From Octopus bimaculoides (taxonomy: Eukaryota): 64,000 nt of DNA. Shown piece by piece: positions 1 through 13,850 of this stretch (position 1 is the first letter of the stretch; every line of letters starts with the position of its first letter). Under the pieces are notes generated by a model. It searched no databases. It was not told the DNA's origin and saw only the letters and a list, made by a program, of their open reading frames with translations. The stretch is taken from contig NC_068983.1 of NCBI RefSeq assembly GCF_001194135.2, positions 72,284,605-72,348,604 of the forward strand. Direction: 5' to 3'. A program made the translations under genes and the position numbers.

Positions 1-52
1 AGTGTATTAGAATGACAATTTAACAATTTGTAATTAAAAATTTTTTTTTTAC

Positions 53-217
53 CTTTTGATCATCAGGTGACCAAACACCACAAGTTATAGAGGCATTGTC
101 CAAATTCAGCATGGATGACCAATATCGTTGCCCAGCAACAGATCCCACAAGTACAAAACCATCCCAGTAGCATATAAGTGCCATACGGCCATCATGTGAC
201 CATGCAAAGTCAGTGAC
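53..217 (-). CDS. TULP4: TULP4 (tubby-related protein 4, WD40 region) internal coding exon, 165 nt / 55 codons
   Basis: Translates as [55 protein letters not shown], matching the TULP4/Tusp N-terminal WD40 segment (human, from memory: [35 protein letters not shown]). Acceptor tttcag|GTC at 218/217, donor AAG|gtaaaa at 53/52, phase 0. Confidence 0.97.
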
Positions 218-999
218 CTGAAATAAATAAATTAATTTATTAATTAAAACAAACATGTTAAGTGAGAACAAGATAAATTGATATCAATATAAACACACAA
301 TTGAAATTTAAGACAATAAACTTGCAGTCAGGCTGATAAAGAACCATCAACATGGCTTTGTGCATCTCAAGTCAAAAGCAAGATACTTTAGTAAATCAAT
401 TACAATGTGGAATCTGATAGTACAAATTATATATCATAATTGAAACTGTTTTATGGTTTGTAAGAAATCTATATGAGTTAGTTATAATTGTAATTATCCA
501 AAACAGGAAACTAAAATGGTTTGGGTGGAGGATGCATAACTAAAGCTGATATCTGATTAATGCATCTGTTAGTAAAATAGAGTTTGAATAGAAATTCAAG
601 TTTTTTTTAACTTCCACAAGTATACATGATTTCAAGATATTTCAAGATGAAATTAGCAAAAGACAAATCTTATATCCTTGACCACAAGGTTTGATTGATT
701 GTATTCTCCATAACAGACACTATTTGACAAATGGTTTCATTTTGGTGCAAAAAAAACATAATGGAATTTTTTCCCTTAAAATTGTAATTGAAGAAAGGTA
801 AATCTAAAATACAGTTTGAACTTATATCAATTCGAACAACCTAATTTCTTTAATTTATCTATTTGATAAACCATCATTTAGCAGTTCATCAGTTGTCCTA
901 TGTGTCTACACTGCTGTAACTATAGTGCAGGCATGGTGAACAGCATCTGGGTACTGAAACAACAGTGAAACAATTTTTCAATATGATAGCTTAACCTGA

Positions 1000-2170
1000 A
1001 ATAAATAGCATCCATGACATTCTCTCAAATTACACCCAATCATCTTAAAGAAAAAAAAGGAAGGGACTCACATTATAATACAGTCTTAGATACACTATAT
1101 CTGAAACAAAGATGGACCATATCTTATATGCTTTTAATTATAGGTCTGTTTGAACAGAACTATAACAACCATTATCTAGTAATGAGAATAAGGCAAAAAT
1201 AAGGCGAACATTACACTCAATTTCAGGACTGTAAAGAAACACCAATCTGTCTCTATCATATATTTTGGGAGCTGTTTTAAACATTGTATGTATTTCAAGA
1301 ATACAAGGATGACTGAATAGTTAACGAGTTTGTTTTACAATAATAAGATTCCAATCTCAACAGGACTGTGTAGTATCTTGAAAAATGTGTCTTCTATGAC
1401 AGCTTCAAGTCAGCTTGAGGATTATGTTCAGTGGCCATACAATAGTAAGATCACTTTCACTATAAATTCGATAGTAGGTAGTTCAGCTGATTGAATAACT
1501 AGAATACTTAGCAATAAAAACCCAATAGAAGTCCATCTCCTAATAATGTTTGCATAAATTTTTAAAGGTTTATAAGGTACCAGCCCTATGCTTAAGTTCT
1601 GACCAACTTAGTAGAATATGATTTTAGTATTATAATTCTACTTCAACAATAAAAGATTCATGAGCAAACAACAGCCAAATTTCTCTCAAATTACACCCTG
1701 CAAAAAAGTAAAGACTGGACAATGTAGTCCTTAATATACAAATAAATAGAATTGTCATGATTTCAATGCCTTTATTTATAAATATGCTTGATCAGTGTTG
1801 AGTGAATTAACACCAGCAGCAACAACTAAAAGATTTAGTTAAAAGCCAATGAAGGAGCCTCTATGTGGTCACTTGACTTGCTAAAAACAGCAACCAAATC
1901 TCCCTCATGTAACATCCAACCATCTTAAAGAAAGGACACACTAGATAATGTATTCCAACACACTCCTAAAAAGATAGCAAATACAGCTGAAACACTTGTG
2001 ATCCAGCCAGATCAGAAGTGACCTGGGTTGAAAACCATCAATAACATGCACAGTCTGCTAGAAATAGCAGCCTAAACTCCCTCAAATGACATGCTGTATT
2101 CTGAAATAAAGAAGGACACATTCAATAATCTAGTCTTAGATATGTTACATTTGACAATAAGGTAGGAAGG
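1000..2170 (+). repeat. Cluster of about four degenerate same-orientation copies of a short interspersed repeat
   Basis: Motif (aaatagcagc)caaat(c/t)tc(c/t)ctcaaat(t/c)acacc…catcttaaag…aggacacat…gtcttagata recurs near 1005, 1670, 1880 and 2060; related copies near 9100 (-), 28720 (-), 49290 (+), 58970 (-). Confidence 0.7.
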
Positions 2171-2894
2171 TCAATGTTTGGTCACCATTGATAAGGGCTA
2201 ACATGGTGCTAAACACCACCAAAAATAAGCTCAAATAATAAATGTAAGATTGAGACTCCATTCTGATAGTGTTTAATGGTGCTTTATTAATTATAACAAA
2301 AAATCATAAGGAAATTATAAGGAAAGCTTTCTGTAGCATTAATAAATGAACTGGCTGTAAGAATGAGAAAATTAGAATTGTTTCACCTGCTTCATGAGGC
2401 CAGCAATTTATTCATAGCTAATTTGATAAATTGATATGTAAAATCAAGCCAAGATAACTTGCCATATTAGAAACATAAATCTGCATAAATTGCTGATAAA
2501 TTCCAGGTAACACGTGTGAGGCCAACATGAAAGCAAGAGTTCATTATTTAAGATTAGAAAAGCCACCAACAATCCTATGATGTAAATATTACATTTGATT
2601 GAAAAGAATGAAACAAGGGATTTGATTCTCATCAGTAGATTTGTTGTTAGTTTTTCACATACTAATTTCAAATTTTGGTACAAGGCCAGCAATTTTGGGG
2701 TAGTGGGTAAGTCAATAACATCCATTTCAGTGCTCAACTGGTACTTATTTTATCAACCTCAAAAGAATGAAAGGCAAAGTCAACCTAGGCATTTTGCCCA
2801 GCATGCTAATGATTCTGCCAGTTCACCGCCTTGATTTTCCAAATATTAATGTGTATGTGTGTGTTTGTGTGTGTATATATATGTATATGTAAAT

Positions 2895-3260
2895 CATTAC
2901 CAGTGTCGCCTTACTGGCACTTTTGCCGGTGGCACGTGAAAAAACATTTGAGTGACTGGCCCCTGTGCAGGTGGCACATAAAAAACACCATTTTGAGCGT
3001 GACCGTTGCCAGTACCGCCTGACGGGCCTTCGTGCAGGTGGCACGTAAAAGCATCCACTACACTCTCGGAGTGGTTGGCGTTAGGAAGGGCATCCAGCTG
3101 TAGAAACTCTGCCAAATCAGATTGGAGCCTGGTGNNNNNNNNNNTAGAAACTCTGCCAAATCAGATTGGAGCCTGGTGTGGCCATCTGGTTCACCAGTCC
3201 TCAGTCAAATCGACCAACCCATGCTAGCATGGAAGGTGGACGTTAAATGATGATGATCAT
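2895..3260 (+). mobile_element. RTE 3'-UTR-type repeat (5'-truncated LINE end or derived SINE) with (GAT)n tail
   Basis: gtggcacgtaaaa modules, then gagtggttggcgttaggaagggcatccagctgtagaaactctgcc…catggaaggtggacgttaaatgatgatgat. Same sequence forms the 3' end of the RTE at 16242-17840. Confidence 0.85.
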
Positions 3261-3849
3261 TATGATAAATGTATGTATATGTCAGGTCACTCAAAAATGC
3301 TACTGGTAACATGTTACTCAGAACAACCTGTTGCCTGGTTAGGCCATTGTTGACTAAACTGGTGGAGTGATTTTTGGACAGTCTGCAGAATAAAAATCAA
3401 GAATAGTTAAAGGGCAGATGAACTCATGAGAGTCAACAACCATGCAACTGTGTGCATCTTATGCTTCTTTCAAATCCCTGCCAACTCGTAGATATTATTT
3501 GGTAGGAAGAATCTAAGAGATGACACTCTGAAATGAAACCTGTAGTGGATTATAATACTTGTCATTTTGCTATACTTGTAATCAGATTTCAGTTACTGAT
3601 TTTTTTTTTTTTTGTACAAGTGTATGGAGTTTTAATCCAATGACATGCAGATGTCTCATTCCATTTGGTTCATCTTGTCTATTTATTAGTCTTGTGGTAT
3701 CAGAAGAGTAGTGATATGCACAGACTTAATGAGTTGCAATGTGCACTGTCACAAATCTAGATACAAAGTGGCATGAAGCTTATCCTGTCATTGTGTTTTC
3801 ATGGACAGAAATTACTTCAGCAGAGTTTCCTGTGTTTGAACATTCCTCT

Positions 3850-6800
3850 TTAGGAGAGACCTACTCACCCAACTACTCTGTCTCTGGGAAGGTACTACAA
3901 AAGATGCACTAAAAATTGTCTGTTCATTTATGCTGGTTCATCAACAGCAGGAATGAACAAAGACTTAATATAAGATTTCATTCTGAAGATAAAAATAAAA
4001 AATTGCAACATCTGCTGTTGGAATCTAAGAACTTATCTCAATCATATGGGTCATCTCCATCCTCAGACTGCACTTGTTGCTAAAGAACTGCGATGTCTCA
4101 GTATAGACAAAGCAGCATTTTCAGAAACCCACTTTTCTGGTGAAGACCATTTGATGGAAGCTTCATCTGGGTTCACAATATTTTAAAATAGAAAACCCAG
4201 TGGAATTAGAAGAGATGGAGATTTTAGATTTGCTGTGAAAACCAGTCCTTTAGAAGATTTAGAGTTGCCATATAGCATAGATGATCAAATAATAAAATTG
4301 AGAATTCCCTGAGCATGCTATGTCTCTATTTTTTCTGTATGTGCAACAAATCTTCAGGCAAATGAGGATACAATCTTATCTTTCTGTTAATCACTCAGAA
4401 ATACCATTTCTGTGACACCTGTCCATGAAAAAATTATTGTACAGGGAAAATTTAATGCTTGTGTTGATAAGCAATTTGAAATTTGGAGTTCAATTGGTCA
4501 TAAGAATATTAACGGATTACACTTGCTTCAACTTTGCTCTGAACTGACTGATTTCATCCCCACTCAAAAGTTGTTTGTAATCTACATGTTTTTATAAAGT
4601 GCAGACTGTGACAGTGACTATAAACTAATATGGACTAAGTTCAAATTTCAAATTCATAACAAAATTTACATGAATAGTGCAAAACTACCAAAGTTAACTG
4701 ATGCTGATAAACTAAAACAAGTTCAATGATATCAGTCTTGATTGAACTTGGAACAATAATAGTGAAATATGCCAGCTATTGAAGGGAAAACAAATAATTC
4801 ACAAAGCTTTATCGGATTCCAATGCAAAAAATGTGTCAAAGAATGCCCCTATGAGTTACAGAAAACCATGTTGCATTGAGAATTAAGAAGAATTAAAAAT
4901 ATATGGTGGCCACAAATTTTGTTCAAAGTTAAATATGAATTCAATTGAGAGGTTTCCTAGTCTTTGTATGGTCTACTTAGTATTTGATCTCAATCATTTT
5001 CTGTAGTCCCTTCGAAATCAAGAAGCAGACAAACACACTTTAAAGACCCATCTGACTTAATAAACAATGGAAAGAACACTTTGCAGAGCTCTTCTTTAAC
5101 CCTTCCAAGATTAACATGGAAATAATTAATGGACTGCCATAAAGAGACAAGTTGATGCACATGGGTAACATAATTGAATATGGGAAGATTTCATTAACAA
5201 TAAGTCAACCAAGCTCTGGTAAGGTTCCAGATCTGGATGGACTACCCATAGAATTCTTGAAAGTAGGAGGTAACACTGTCACATTTGTAATACATAGAAT
5301 AACTGTTGCTTGTTGGGAAGGAACTCTGATTCCACATTACTAGCTTGATGGCATACTGTGTTCATTTATAAAGGCAAAAGACCTGACATATGTCCTATAA
5401 TTTTACCAGAAATTCAATCTAGCTTTTGAGTGAACAGAGGGACAATGGACATGATTTTCTTGGCTAGGCAGCAACTTCAAGAGAAGTGTGTTGAATATCA
5501 AGCATCACTCCTCCAGGAAGCTTCAATAGAGAAGCTTTGTAGATGATCCTTCACAAGACTTGTGCACATGTTCAAAGAACTGCACTGAAATACAAAAACC
5601 AGGACTGTATTTACTGGAGAACCTTCAGAAGAGGTTGCTATTGACAATGGAGCAAAACAAAGTGTCATCTGGGCACCAACATTGTTCACAACATGTTTCA
5701 CTACACTGCTATGTAATTCTTTTCAAAACTGTGATAAAGGTATTAAAATAAGATTTTGAACTTCAGGAAAGATTTTCAGTTTATGATATTTCAATAGTAA
5801 ATCAATGACATTTCTGGCTCTAATTAGAAAACTTTAGTATTCAGACAATGCTAACTTTGTAGCACATACAAAAGATAGGTTATAATGCACAAATTTTCTG
5901 TTGCATGCATTGCTGTTAGTCTAACTGTAAGTTTAAAAAAGGGTCAAGTTGATGTTCATGCTGGTACCTGGTGATTACTATGTGGAATCTAATATCTACA
6001 GTGGTGCTATTTAATTTAAGAATGCTAGTATACTAATGTTAAAATGGCATTTTTTATATATTCAAATTGTGAAAATTTCACAAGCTTTAAGTATGGTATA
6101 CATCAACATATTAATTTTAAATTAAAGATAAATCTTAATTATCATAATTTATAGTGCCATTTAATTTAAGAACAATTTTTTAGATTTCATTTGTTCACTT
6201 TAAAAAGTTTATTCTGAGATCAACAAAAAAGCAATAAGCTCACACAATCAGTATTTGGTAGGGTATCCAAAATTACTTAATACAGCTTTGCATCTGTGAA
6301 ACATAAAATTGTTCAGATCATTTATCACTGTTCCTGATATTTTTTCCCAATTTTGGCTGATAATGTTTAAAAAATCATCCTTATTCTTTGGCTTACTACT
6401 TTGCACAATTCTACCCAACTTTTCCCAAAGATTTTCGATGGGATATAGGTTGGGCGACTGCATCAGCCACTGCATCAACTGAACTCTCTTAGATCTAATG
6501 TAATCTCTAACTAGGTGCAAGGTGTCATTGTCATGCTGGGAAGTGCAAGATCAGCCCAAATACTTTTGAGCATATAAAAGCATAGTCTTATCCAATATTT
6601 CTAGATAGAACTTACTATCCATAATGCCCTTGATTCGGATTATAGGACCGACACCTTTTTCCAGACATGTACCCCACACCCTCACACTTCCACCACTGTG
6701 CTTAATTATACTGAGAATCAAGAAAACAAGTACAGCCTTTGACAAACTTGAGAAAAGGTCATAGTCAAATAGAAGCATAACAGCTCACACTAAAATCACT

Positions 6801-7690
6801 CTTTATAAGACGTGCATATTGACACAACTCTTGTATGCTTCTGAGAATTGAACTACTCATAGTAGGCATGTAAAAATACTTAAAAGATTCCACAAGAAAT
6901 ACCTCAGAAGAATATAAAAGACTAAATAGGAAGATTTGCTATTAGACACAAAAATATTTCAGAAGGCTGTGTGTCTGTCATCTGAGCATGCTGAGTACAA
7001 AATCAAATATGATAGACAGAGTGCCTTGTATTTATGTCAGGTGTGTGACCATCCAAGCTGTTATTTTTTGGGAATTTACAATTTGGACTATGACAACAAC
7101 ATAACCCCAAGAAATAGTACATGGACTACATTCAGGACAACTTTATGAAATTGGAAATAAATGTTCAATTCCAGAAAGAGAAAGTGATTGAGAAAATGGA
7201 TGGAAGTCTCTGGTGTAGGAAGGTATTGTGAGCTTTGAGCTAGCCAAAAGGCAGCATGCTCATTTAAAATATACTTTGAGAAAGGGAACTATCATGGATG
7301 CATGAGATGTGAATAAAAGCTGGAAATGCAGTCCTACTGACTGATGTCTCCTATTAAAAGCTGGCTACATAAGGCACATGAAATCACACAGTAATTTGCA
7401 AAACCAAGATGCATCTAACAATGATTTGCCACCTTTTTATAATAACAATGCCTGTGTGGTATGCGGAAAATTTCTTGTAGTAATTCTGGTTTGAAAAGGC
7501 ACATGAAAATACATAAGAATACCACACAACAAGTAAGTTATACAAACCCTATAGTAGTTTGGAATCTGATCTCTCACAAGCCTTGCATGTCAACAGCCAG
7601 TCCTCAGAGTCATCTCAGAGCACATAAACATACTGGAGATTATCAAGATGATGTAGATCAACTGAAACAGCTATTATCTGTTGAGATGAG
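3850..7690 (+). mobile_element. Decayed RTE-clade LINE (APE + RT + C-terminal C2H2-like finger), interrupted by a Tc1 element
   Basis: Broken-frame motifs in order: TALVAKELRCLSIDKAAFSETH; IIVQGKFNACVD; NINGLHLLQLC; GKVPDLDGLPIEFLKVGG; DMIFLARQ-QLQEKC; NGAKQSVIWAPTLF; YSDNANF. After the Tc1: LYKTCILTQLLYASEN and CVVCGK…GLKRHMKIH at about 7450-7520. Confidence 0.85.
5999..6780 (-). mobile_element. Tc1-family DNA transposon 3' fragment, IR/DR-type end
   Basis: TA|CAGTGG terminus at 5997-6004; direct repeat gtgc(t/c)atttaatttaagaa near 6004 and 6153; transposase remnants KHSGGSVRVWG…GVGPIIRIKGIMDSKFY and QSPNLYPIENLW…RCKAVLSNFGYPTKY*. Confidence 0.88.
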
Positions 7691-7715
7691 GTGACTATCA
7701 TATATGTACGTGTGT

Positions 7716-7751
<36 letters not shown>

Positions 7752-7760
7752 AGATGCATA

Positions 7761-7994
7761 TGAAGGCGGCGAGCTGGCAGAAACGTTAGCGCGCCGGGCG
7801 AAATGCTTAGCGGTATTTCGTCTGGTGCTACGTTTTGAGTTCAAATTCCGCCGAGGTCGACTTTGCCTTTCATCCTTTCGGGGTCGATTAAATAAGTACC
7901 AGTTATGCACTGGGTCGACATAATCGACTTAATCCGTTTGTCTGTCCTTGTTTGTCTCCTCTTTGTGTAGCCCTTTGTGGGTAGTAAAGAAATA
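7761..7994 (+). mobile_element. Young full-length tRNA-derived SINE with 17-bp TSD
   Basis: Box A tggcagaaacgttagcg, box B gagttcaaattcc, CpGs intact; TSD acacacgtagatgcata at 7744-7760 and 7995-8011. Confidence 0.92.
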
Positions 7995-8627
7995 ACACAC
8001 GTAGATGCATACATAGATGTAGGGTGGTGGAAGTAGAATTCATTATTACATATATCATTACCCTTATTGTTTTGTCAATTATCACTCTCTCTCACCTGAA
8101 GCACTTCTTACTACCCTCCATTCTTACCACTGTCCCCCTCACTCCCCATTCTTGCCTACCCTTCCAAATCCCTCTGTCGACATGCTCTTTCTATTCACCT
8201 CATTGGACATGTTACCTTGAGAGTTCACTCTGGCTCCTTGATGCCATTATCATTTTTATTTCTCTCTCTAACACCACTCCATCCAATACCATATATATTG
8301 CAAGGGTATTTAGCAATACCACACTGTGGTTCGAATCCAGAACCATCATAAAGTGACCTTTTTAGCCACATCATGTTTGCTATTAAAGTGAACTCTCTAT
8401 TGATCTATCAGTTACACTCGCTCTCTCTCCCTCTCTATGTTGTCTTATTTTGTTGCATACACACTCTGCCAATCTTATTCTTTTATTCACCATCTGTCAA
8501 ACTTTTTCAGCCTCTATTTCAATATTTCACCCACTCTCTCTATCTCTTTTTTCAATGTAGTCTAGGATACTGAGTAAAAGTGCATGAACTGTGTGTATAA
8601 GTTTGCATGTATGTCTATGTCTGTATG

Positions 8628-8667
<40 letters not shown>

Positions 8668-9234
8668 TAGATAGATAGATAGATAGATATATATAACCAT
8701 GTATATTTTTGTATGCATTTATCTGTATATGTGCAAATGTGAGTGAGTGAGTGAGAGAGAGAGATAGTAAGAGTGTGTGTGTGTGTGTGTATGTGTGTGT
8801 GTGTGTGCATGCGCGCACTGGGACACATATCTGCTTGCAACATCAAACTGATTGTGATTGACTGTGACAGTTTTTCATATAAATAAACATTATTTCTAAA
8901 TTTATTACAGTCTTTTTGTGTAAACCTGAGATTATCTATCATTATTGTTATTATTGTTGCCGTTTTCATTTAATCCCAGGTCAGCTCTGACTGAGCAAGT
9001 CTATGACCAAAGGTATCACAGCCATAGCCATATCATCCTTTATTCAGACATATATATCTTGCACTAAATTACTAAATGGTGGATGTACATCATTCAACGA
9101 TGAGACTTTGAAGGAGATTTGGCTGCCATTTCTAGCAAGTTGAGTGAGCATGTAGAGCTCCCTCATGGACTTATAAATGGCTATTGTTATTCAAGTAAGT
9201 AAGAAGAGCAATAATTTACATTATTTGTTATCAT

Positions 9235-9690
9235 TCATCATCATCACCATCATCGTTTAACGTCCACTTTCCATGCTAGCATGGGTTGGACGATTTGACT
9301 GAGGACTGGTATACCAGGTGGCTACACCAGGTGGCTACACCAGGCTCCAATCTGATTTGGCAGAGTTTCTACACCTGGATGCTCTTCCTAACGCCAACCA
9401 CTCTGAGAGTGTAGTGGGTGCTTTTACGTGCCACCGGTACGAAGGCCAGTCAGGCAGTACTGGCAATGGCCATGCTCGAAATGGTGTATTTTATGTGCCA
9501 CCTGCACAGGCGCCAGTCCAGCGGCCCTGGCAACAATCTCGCTCGAATGTCTTTTCATGTGCCACCAGCATAAGTGCCAGAAAGGTGACGTTGGTAACGA
9601 TCATGCTCAAATGGTGCTATTTACGTGCCACTGGCACGGAAGCCAGACAGCAGCTCTGGCAACGATCATGCTCGGATGGTGCTCTTAGTC
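9235..9690 (-). mobile_element. RTE 3'-UTR-type repeat
   Basis: (cat)n cgtttaacgtccactttccatgctagcatgggttggacg… with repeated ttttacgtgccac modules; reverse complement of the 2895-3260 family. Confidence 0.85.
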
Positions 9691-10912
9691 CTCAATAAGA
9701 CATATTTTGTCACAAAGGCACAGTTAGCCAAATGGTTAAGAAGTTCACTTTGCAACAATGAGGTCATGGGTTTAATCTCATTACATGACATTTTGGTCAA
9801 AAGTGAGTGAAACTGAGTAGACACGTGAAAAGACATTCGAGCTCATCAGTTAGTTTGCACCTGCAACTCAAACAGGTACAGCCTTGTCACACGCTGTGTA
9901 ACACTGACGTTGCTTGAGAATTATGTTAAAGGTACATGCCTGTGGAATGCTCAGCCACATACACATGAATTCAAAAATCTTCATTGTTGAACAACATGAG
10001 ATCCATCATTTTATCACATAATTCAGTTAAGAAGTTAAATACATATTGTTCTAAATGTTCGACTAGAATTTTTTAACAGCTAAATTACAGGAGGAAGAGC
10101 AACATCCATCTCCCTTTTCAGAGTCTTTGAAACTGGTGTATGGAAGCAAAAGAGGGATTTATCTTAAGATCAGAGACCAGGCCTAAATGTTTACAAGAGT
10201 AGAATATGTTAAAGTTATCCAAAAGGCTAGGTAGTTAGGTTGAATTAGGTAATGTATTTAAATATATCACTTAACAACAGCCCCTCCAATAAGTTTTAGA
10301 CAGGTTTCTGTGCTGTTACTATCTATCAAATTTCAGTTATAAGGTTTTGGTTGATCAGAACACAGTTGCCCAAGGCAGTATCAGTAAATAAAATTCAAAA
10401 CTACACAGGTTCAAAGCAAATTCATAACCACACAGTCATGTCTACACCAAGTGAAGAGCTTATATTCAGTTTCAACTTACAAATCTCTGCTTTCCATTTT
10501 TTCACTTTTATAATATGCTTTGTATTTTATAGAGAGAGGTTTTATAGAAGCTGACAAAAATCTTACAAAGCTGATATTTGCAGTTCATATATTTTAAGTT
10601 GAATAAAATAATATTTGCTGAATAACTAAAACTGAAACAAAGAGAATAATTAAGCATTCTTCATATTTTGTAACAAGTTGTTATTTAGGTCCATATCAGC
10701 CCTAAAAGTGCTGACTTATGATCAAAGATATGAGCATACAATCATTTTCTTGTCAGTTATAGTATATCTTGGACATCCGAATAAGATGAGCTATATAATT
10801 GCATTTGTAGGAGGCAAAATAATTGCATAGAGATGGAAAATGTATTTCCTTTTACTTTTTTAAGTAACATCTTAAAATTTTAGTTTTTTAAGTAACATCT
10901 CAGATTAGGTTT

Positions 10913-11300
10913 GTTGTTGTTGGCACTCCGTCGCTTAAGACGTCGAGGGTTCCAGTTGATCCGATCAACAGAACAGCCTGCTCGTGAAATTAACATGCAA
11001 GTGGCTGAGCACTCTACAGACACGTGTACCCTTAACGTAGTTCTCGGGGAGATTCAGCGCGACACAGTGTAACAAGGCTGACCCTTTGAATTACAGGCAC
11101 AACAGAAACAGGAAGTAAGAGTGAGAGAAAGTTGTGGTGAAAGGGTACAGCAGGGTTCGCCACCATCCCCTGCCAGAGCCTCATGGACCTTTAGGTGTTT
11201 TCGTTCAATAAACACTCACAACGCCCGGTCTGGGAATCGAAACCGCGATCCTGTGACCGCGAGTCCGCTGCCCTGACCACTGGGCCATTGCACCTCCACT
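10913..11300 (-). mobile_element. Full-length tRNA-derived SINE with (AAC)n tail and 11-bp TSD
   Basis: Minus-strand head gtggaggtgcaatggcccagtggtcagggcagcggactcgcggtcacaggatcgcggtttcgattcccag (boxes A and B); TSD agattaggttt at 10902-10912 and 11301-11311. Confidence 0.92.
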
Positions 11301-13049
11301 AGATTAGGTTTAACTACTGGTAAAACAACTAAATTTTTTTATTTTTCTCTTTTTGAAAATTTAAACTACTATGCTTCCCATCATTAAAACATGCGCAATG
11401 ATTGTGTATTTCAAAAGTAAAGTAATATCTCTCATAATTATATTTGGTTAATTCTTAGTTGAATTTTTCACATCATCACATAAATACCAATTTCAGCCAA
11501 ACAGTAATTAGTAACAATGCTGCTCCAAAAAGGCTGTAAAGACCAAGTAATCTGCGATAACCTAGTTTGAACCAAGCATTTGTGAAAAGTAAATATTCAA
11601 AAAAAAAAGGCAGTTATGTCAAAGCTAATCTCATGTGCCTGGACTAGAAATAGAATGAACTATTACTAAACTGTGTAAACATACAAATATACATACACAA
11701 GCCAACAGTTGCACGAGCACGCACACACACACACTCACACACACATACACACAAATGCCTGAACATGAGTGTACGTGCATGGCCACACACACAAAAACAT
11801 AAATACATGAACGAAAGATTATACACTTGTCCTCGAATACACACACACACACACACATGTACACACACATATACACAATGGTGTACGTGTCTGCTTTCCC
11901 AGATACATATACAAACACATTTGAACAAGAGAGTACACACATGCTTCCCCTGCTTCTTACACATACATACACACACATAGACTTGTGATCTACAGAGTGA
12001 GGAATTTACTAACTTTTCTACTGCAAAGGATGAAATAAAATTACTGCCATTGAACTTCTTTCTATTACTTTTACAAGACAAAAGTGCTTACGCTAGGATC
12101 TTTGTAGTTAACTTACCTACCGGTTTAAAAATTGAATATGTTCCAAACTAGAACAAAACTTACCACATCCTATAAAAAATATTTGTAATTAACATAATGA
12201 TTTCTATCTCGAAGAAGGATACAATACAATATAATGATTAAAGTCAAAACAAATAATCACTTTAAATATCACATGTAGTTTTAAATATCACATAAATATA
12301 CTATAAAACACAATCTTATCAAAGAAGACTTACTAAAGAAAAGTTTGAAATGTCTATCATTTTAAGAAAGCTAAGCATATATCAATACAGTAGAGAAAAA
12401 CCCTCACACAAAAGAGAGAAATTAAAAATAGCCCATTAACTACTTAAGATAACATTATATCATCCAATGGAATCCACCCCTTTTCAAGTCATTGATAACA
12501 GTTGAACCCACAGACCTACTACACAGCTGAAGCATATGAGTTAAAATCAGGAGTTGAAAGCAATTTGCAGTTAACATTCCAAGAAGCTACCAACACTTGA
12601 TGACAATTAAATAACTATTTTATTAGTTTTAATATTGGAATGTTGTTGCCATACTGAAGCATTACTTTCAAGTGTTTTAGTTGATCATATATAATATATA
12701 TTTTACCAACCTTTATTGATGCAAAACCTAAGTTACCATTTTTGACATAAAATGATGCAACTCTAAGCATAATTTGCACCAGCAAACATACACAAAAACA
12801 TGAACACTAGCTTACACACATATGCCAGCCCCCTCCCAAATTTATTATAATTCCCCAAGCTATAACAAAGGAATTCAATACTAGTTGCCCTGAAAACTTC
12901 TGCAAGCTAACAGATTAGCTCTAATAGTACAATCAGTAGAACTGAAGCTGAAGTTCCAGATAAAGAAGCAATACCTGGAATTGAAAGGCATTAAAGAAAA
13001 CTGAGGAAAAGTAAATTTTAGTGGGTAAGAAGGATGAGAAGACACTCAT

Positions 13050-13850
13050 AGCATTGGGAATATGGCCATGTCCCACCCGCATAAAAAAAGTTGGTAGAAA
13101 TTCTATGAGGCATGTGCATTGTAATCAGTGGAGATGCATGCAACAGGTGTAGTGGGATTCAAAGGCAGGCTAAAGTGCATTGAAGCAGTAAGCACTAAGA
13201 GTGCTCGGGAAATAAATTCAGGAAATAGCTAGATGGGTCCCTAGAAATAGTTGGTAACTTTTGTTATCTATGTAACCAAGTTGGCAGTATGATTGGATGT
13301 TCTGAAAAATATGGGAGCTAGAATAAAAACAGGTTGAAGAGAGTTCAGGGAGTTATTAACTTTGCTAACAAAGGGCTTATCACTCAATATCAAAGGCACA
13401 TTATCTGATTCTTGCCTACAAAGTGTGATGCTGCACAGCAGCAAGACATGGACCTTGAATGCAGAAGACATGTGAAGGCTACAAAGAAATGAGGCAGGTA
13501 TGATTCATTAGATGAAGAATGTTTGTGTGTGTGTATGAATGACAAAGTATGAATGAACTGAGAGAAAAGTGGATTTAAGTGGAGTAAGATGTGCAAGATT
13601 TAAGTGAAGTTAGATGTTTTGGTATAAGCATGTGATGTGAATGGATGATGGCAACTGCATAAACAAATGCTGAGCACTTAAAGTAGAAGGACACTGAGGA
13701 AGACTTTTGGATGAGATGGTGAAAAAGAGATGACTGAAGACTATATCAAGTGGTAATACATGCTGCTATGGAAGACCTGACCTCCTGCACAAGATTAGTG
13801 CAAGCAAGCCTCCCTTGTCAATTGGTTTTGTGTACACAACCCCATCTATC
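13050..13850 (+). mobile_element. Old RTE RT C-terminal fragment
   Basis: Remnants SLEIVGNFCYL, ARIKTG*REFRELL, VMLHSSKTWTLNAEDM*RLQRNEAGMI. Confidence 0.7.

Noticed and set aside
3101-3178. 34-bp direct repeat around a 10-N gap
   Set aside because: Identical sequence on both sides of the gap indicates a scaffold overlap artefact; the same applies to the (CA)n duplication around 29277-29286.
9420-9680. Regularly spaced gtgccac modules resembling a CRISPR array (also 2920-3050, 16400-16650)
   Set aside because: Eukaryotic context; degenerate internal repeats of the RTE 3' UTR, and no cas genes.
11230-11300. tRNA gene-like sequence (also 7765-7855 and 60655-60720)
   Set aside because: These are SINE heads: they continue into repeat bodies, two have TSDs, and none forms a full acceptor stem.
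11631-12081. ORFs of 100-145 aa rich in HT, CV or IY dipeptides (also 8562-8969, 14980-15411, 29085-29460, 31216-31856, 61100-61737)
   Set aside because: Translations of (CA)n, (TA)n and (GA)n microsatellites or N gaps; no splice or homology support.
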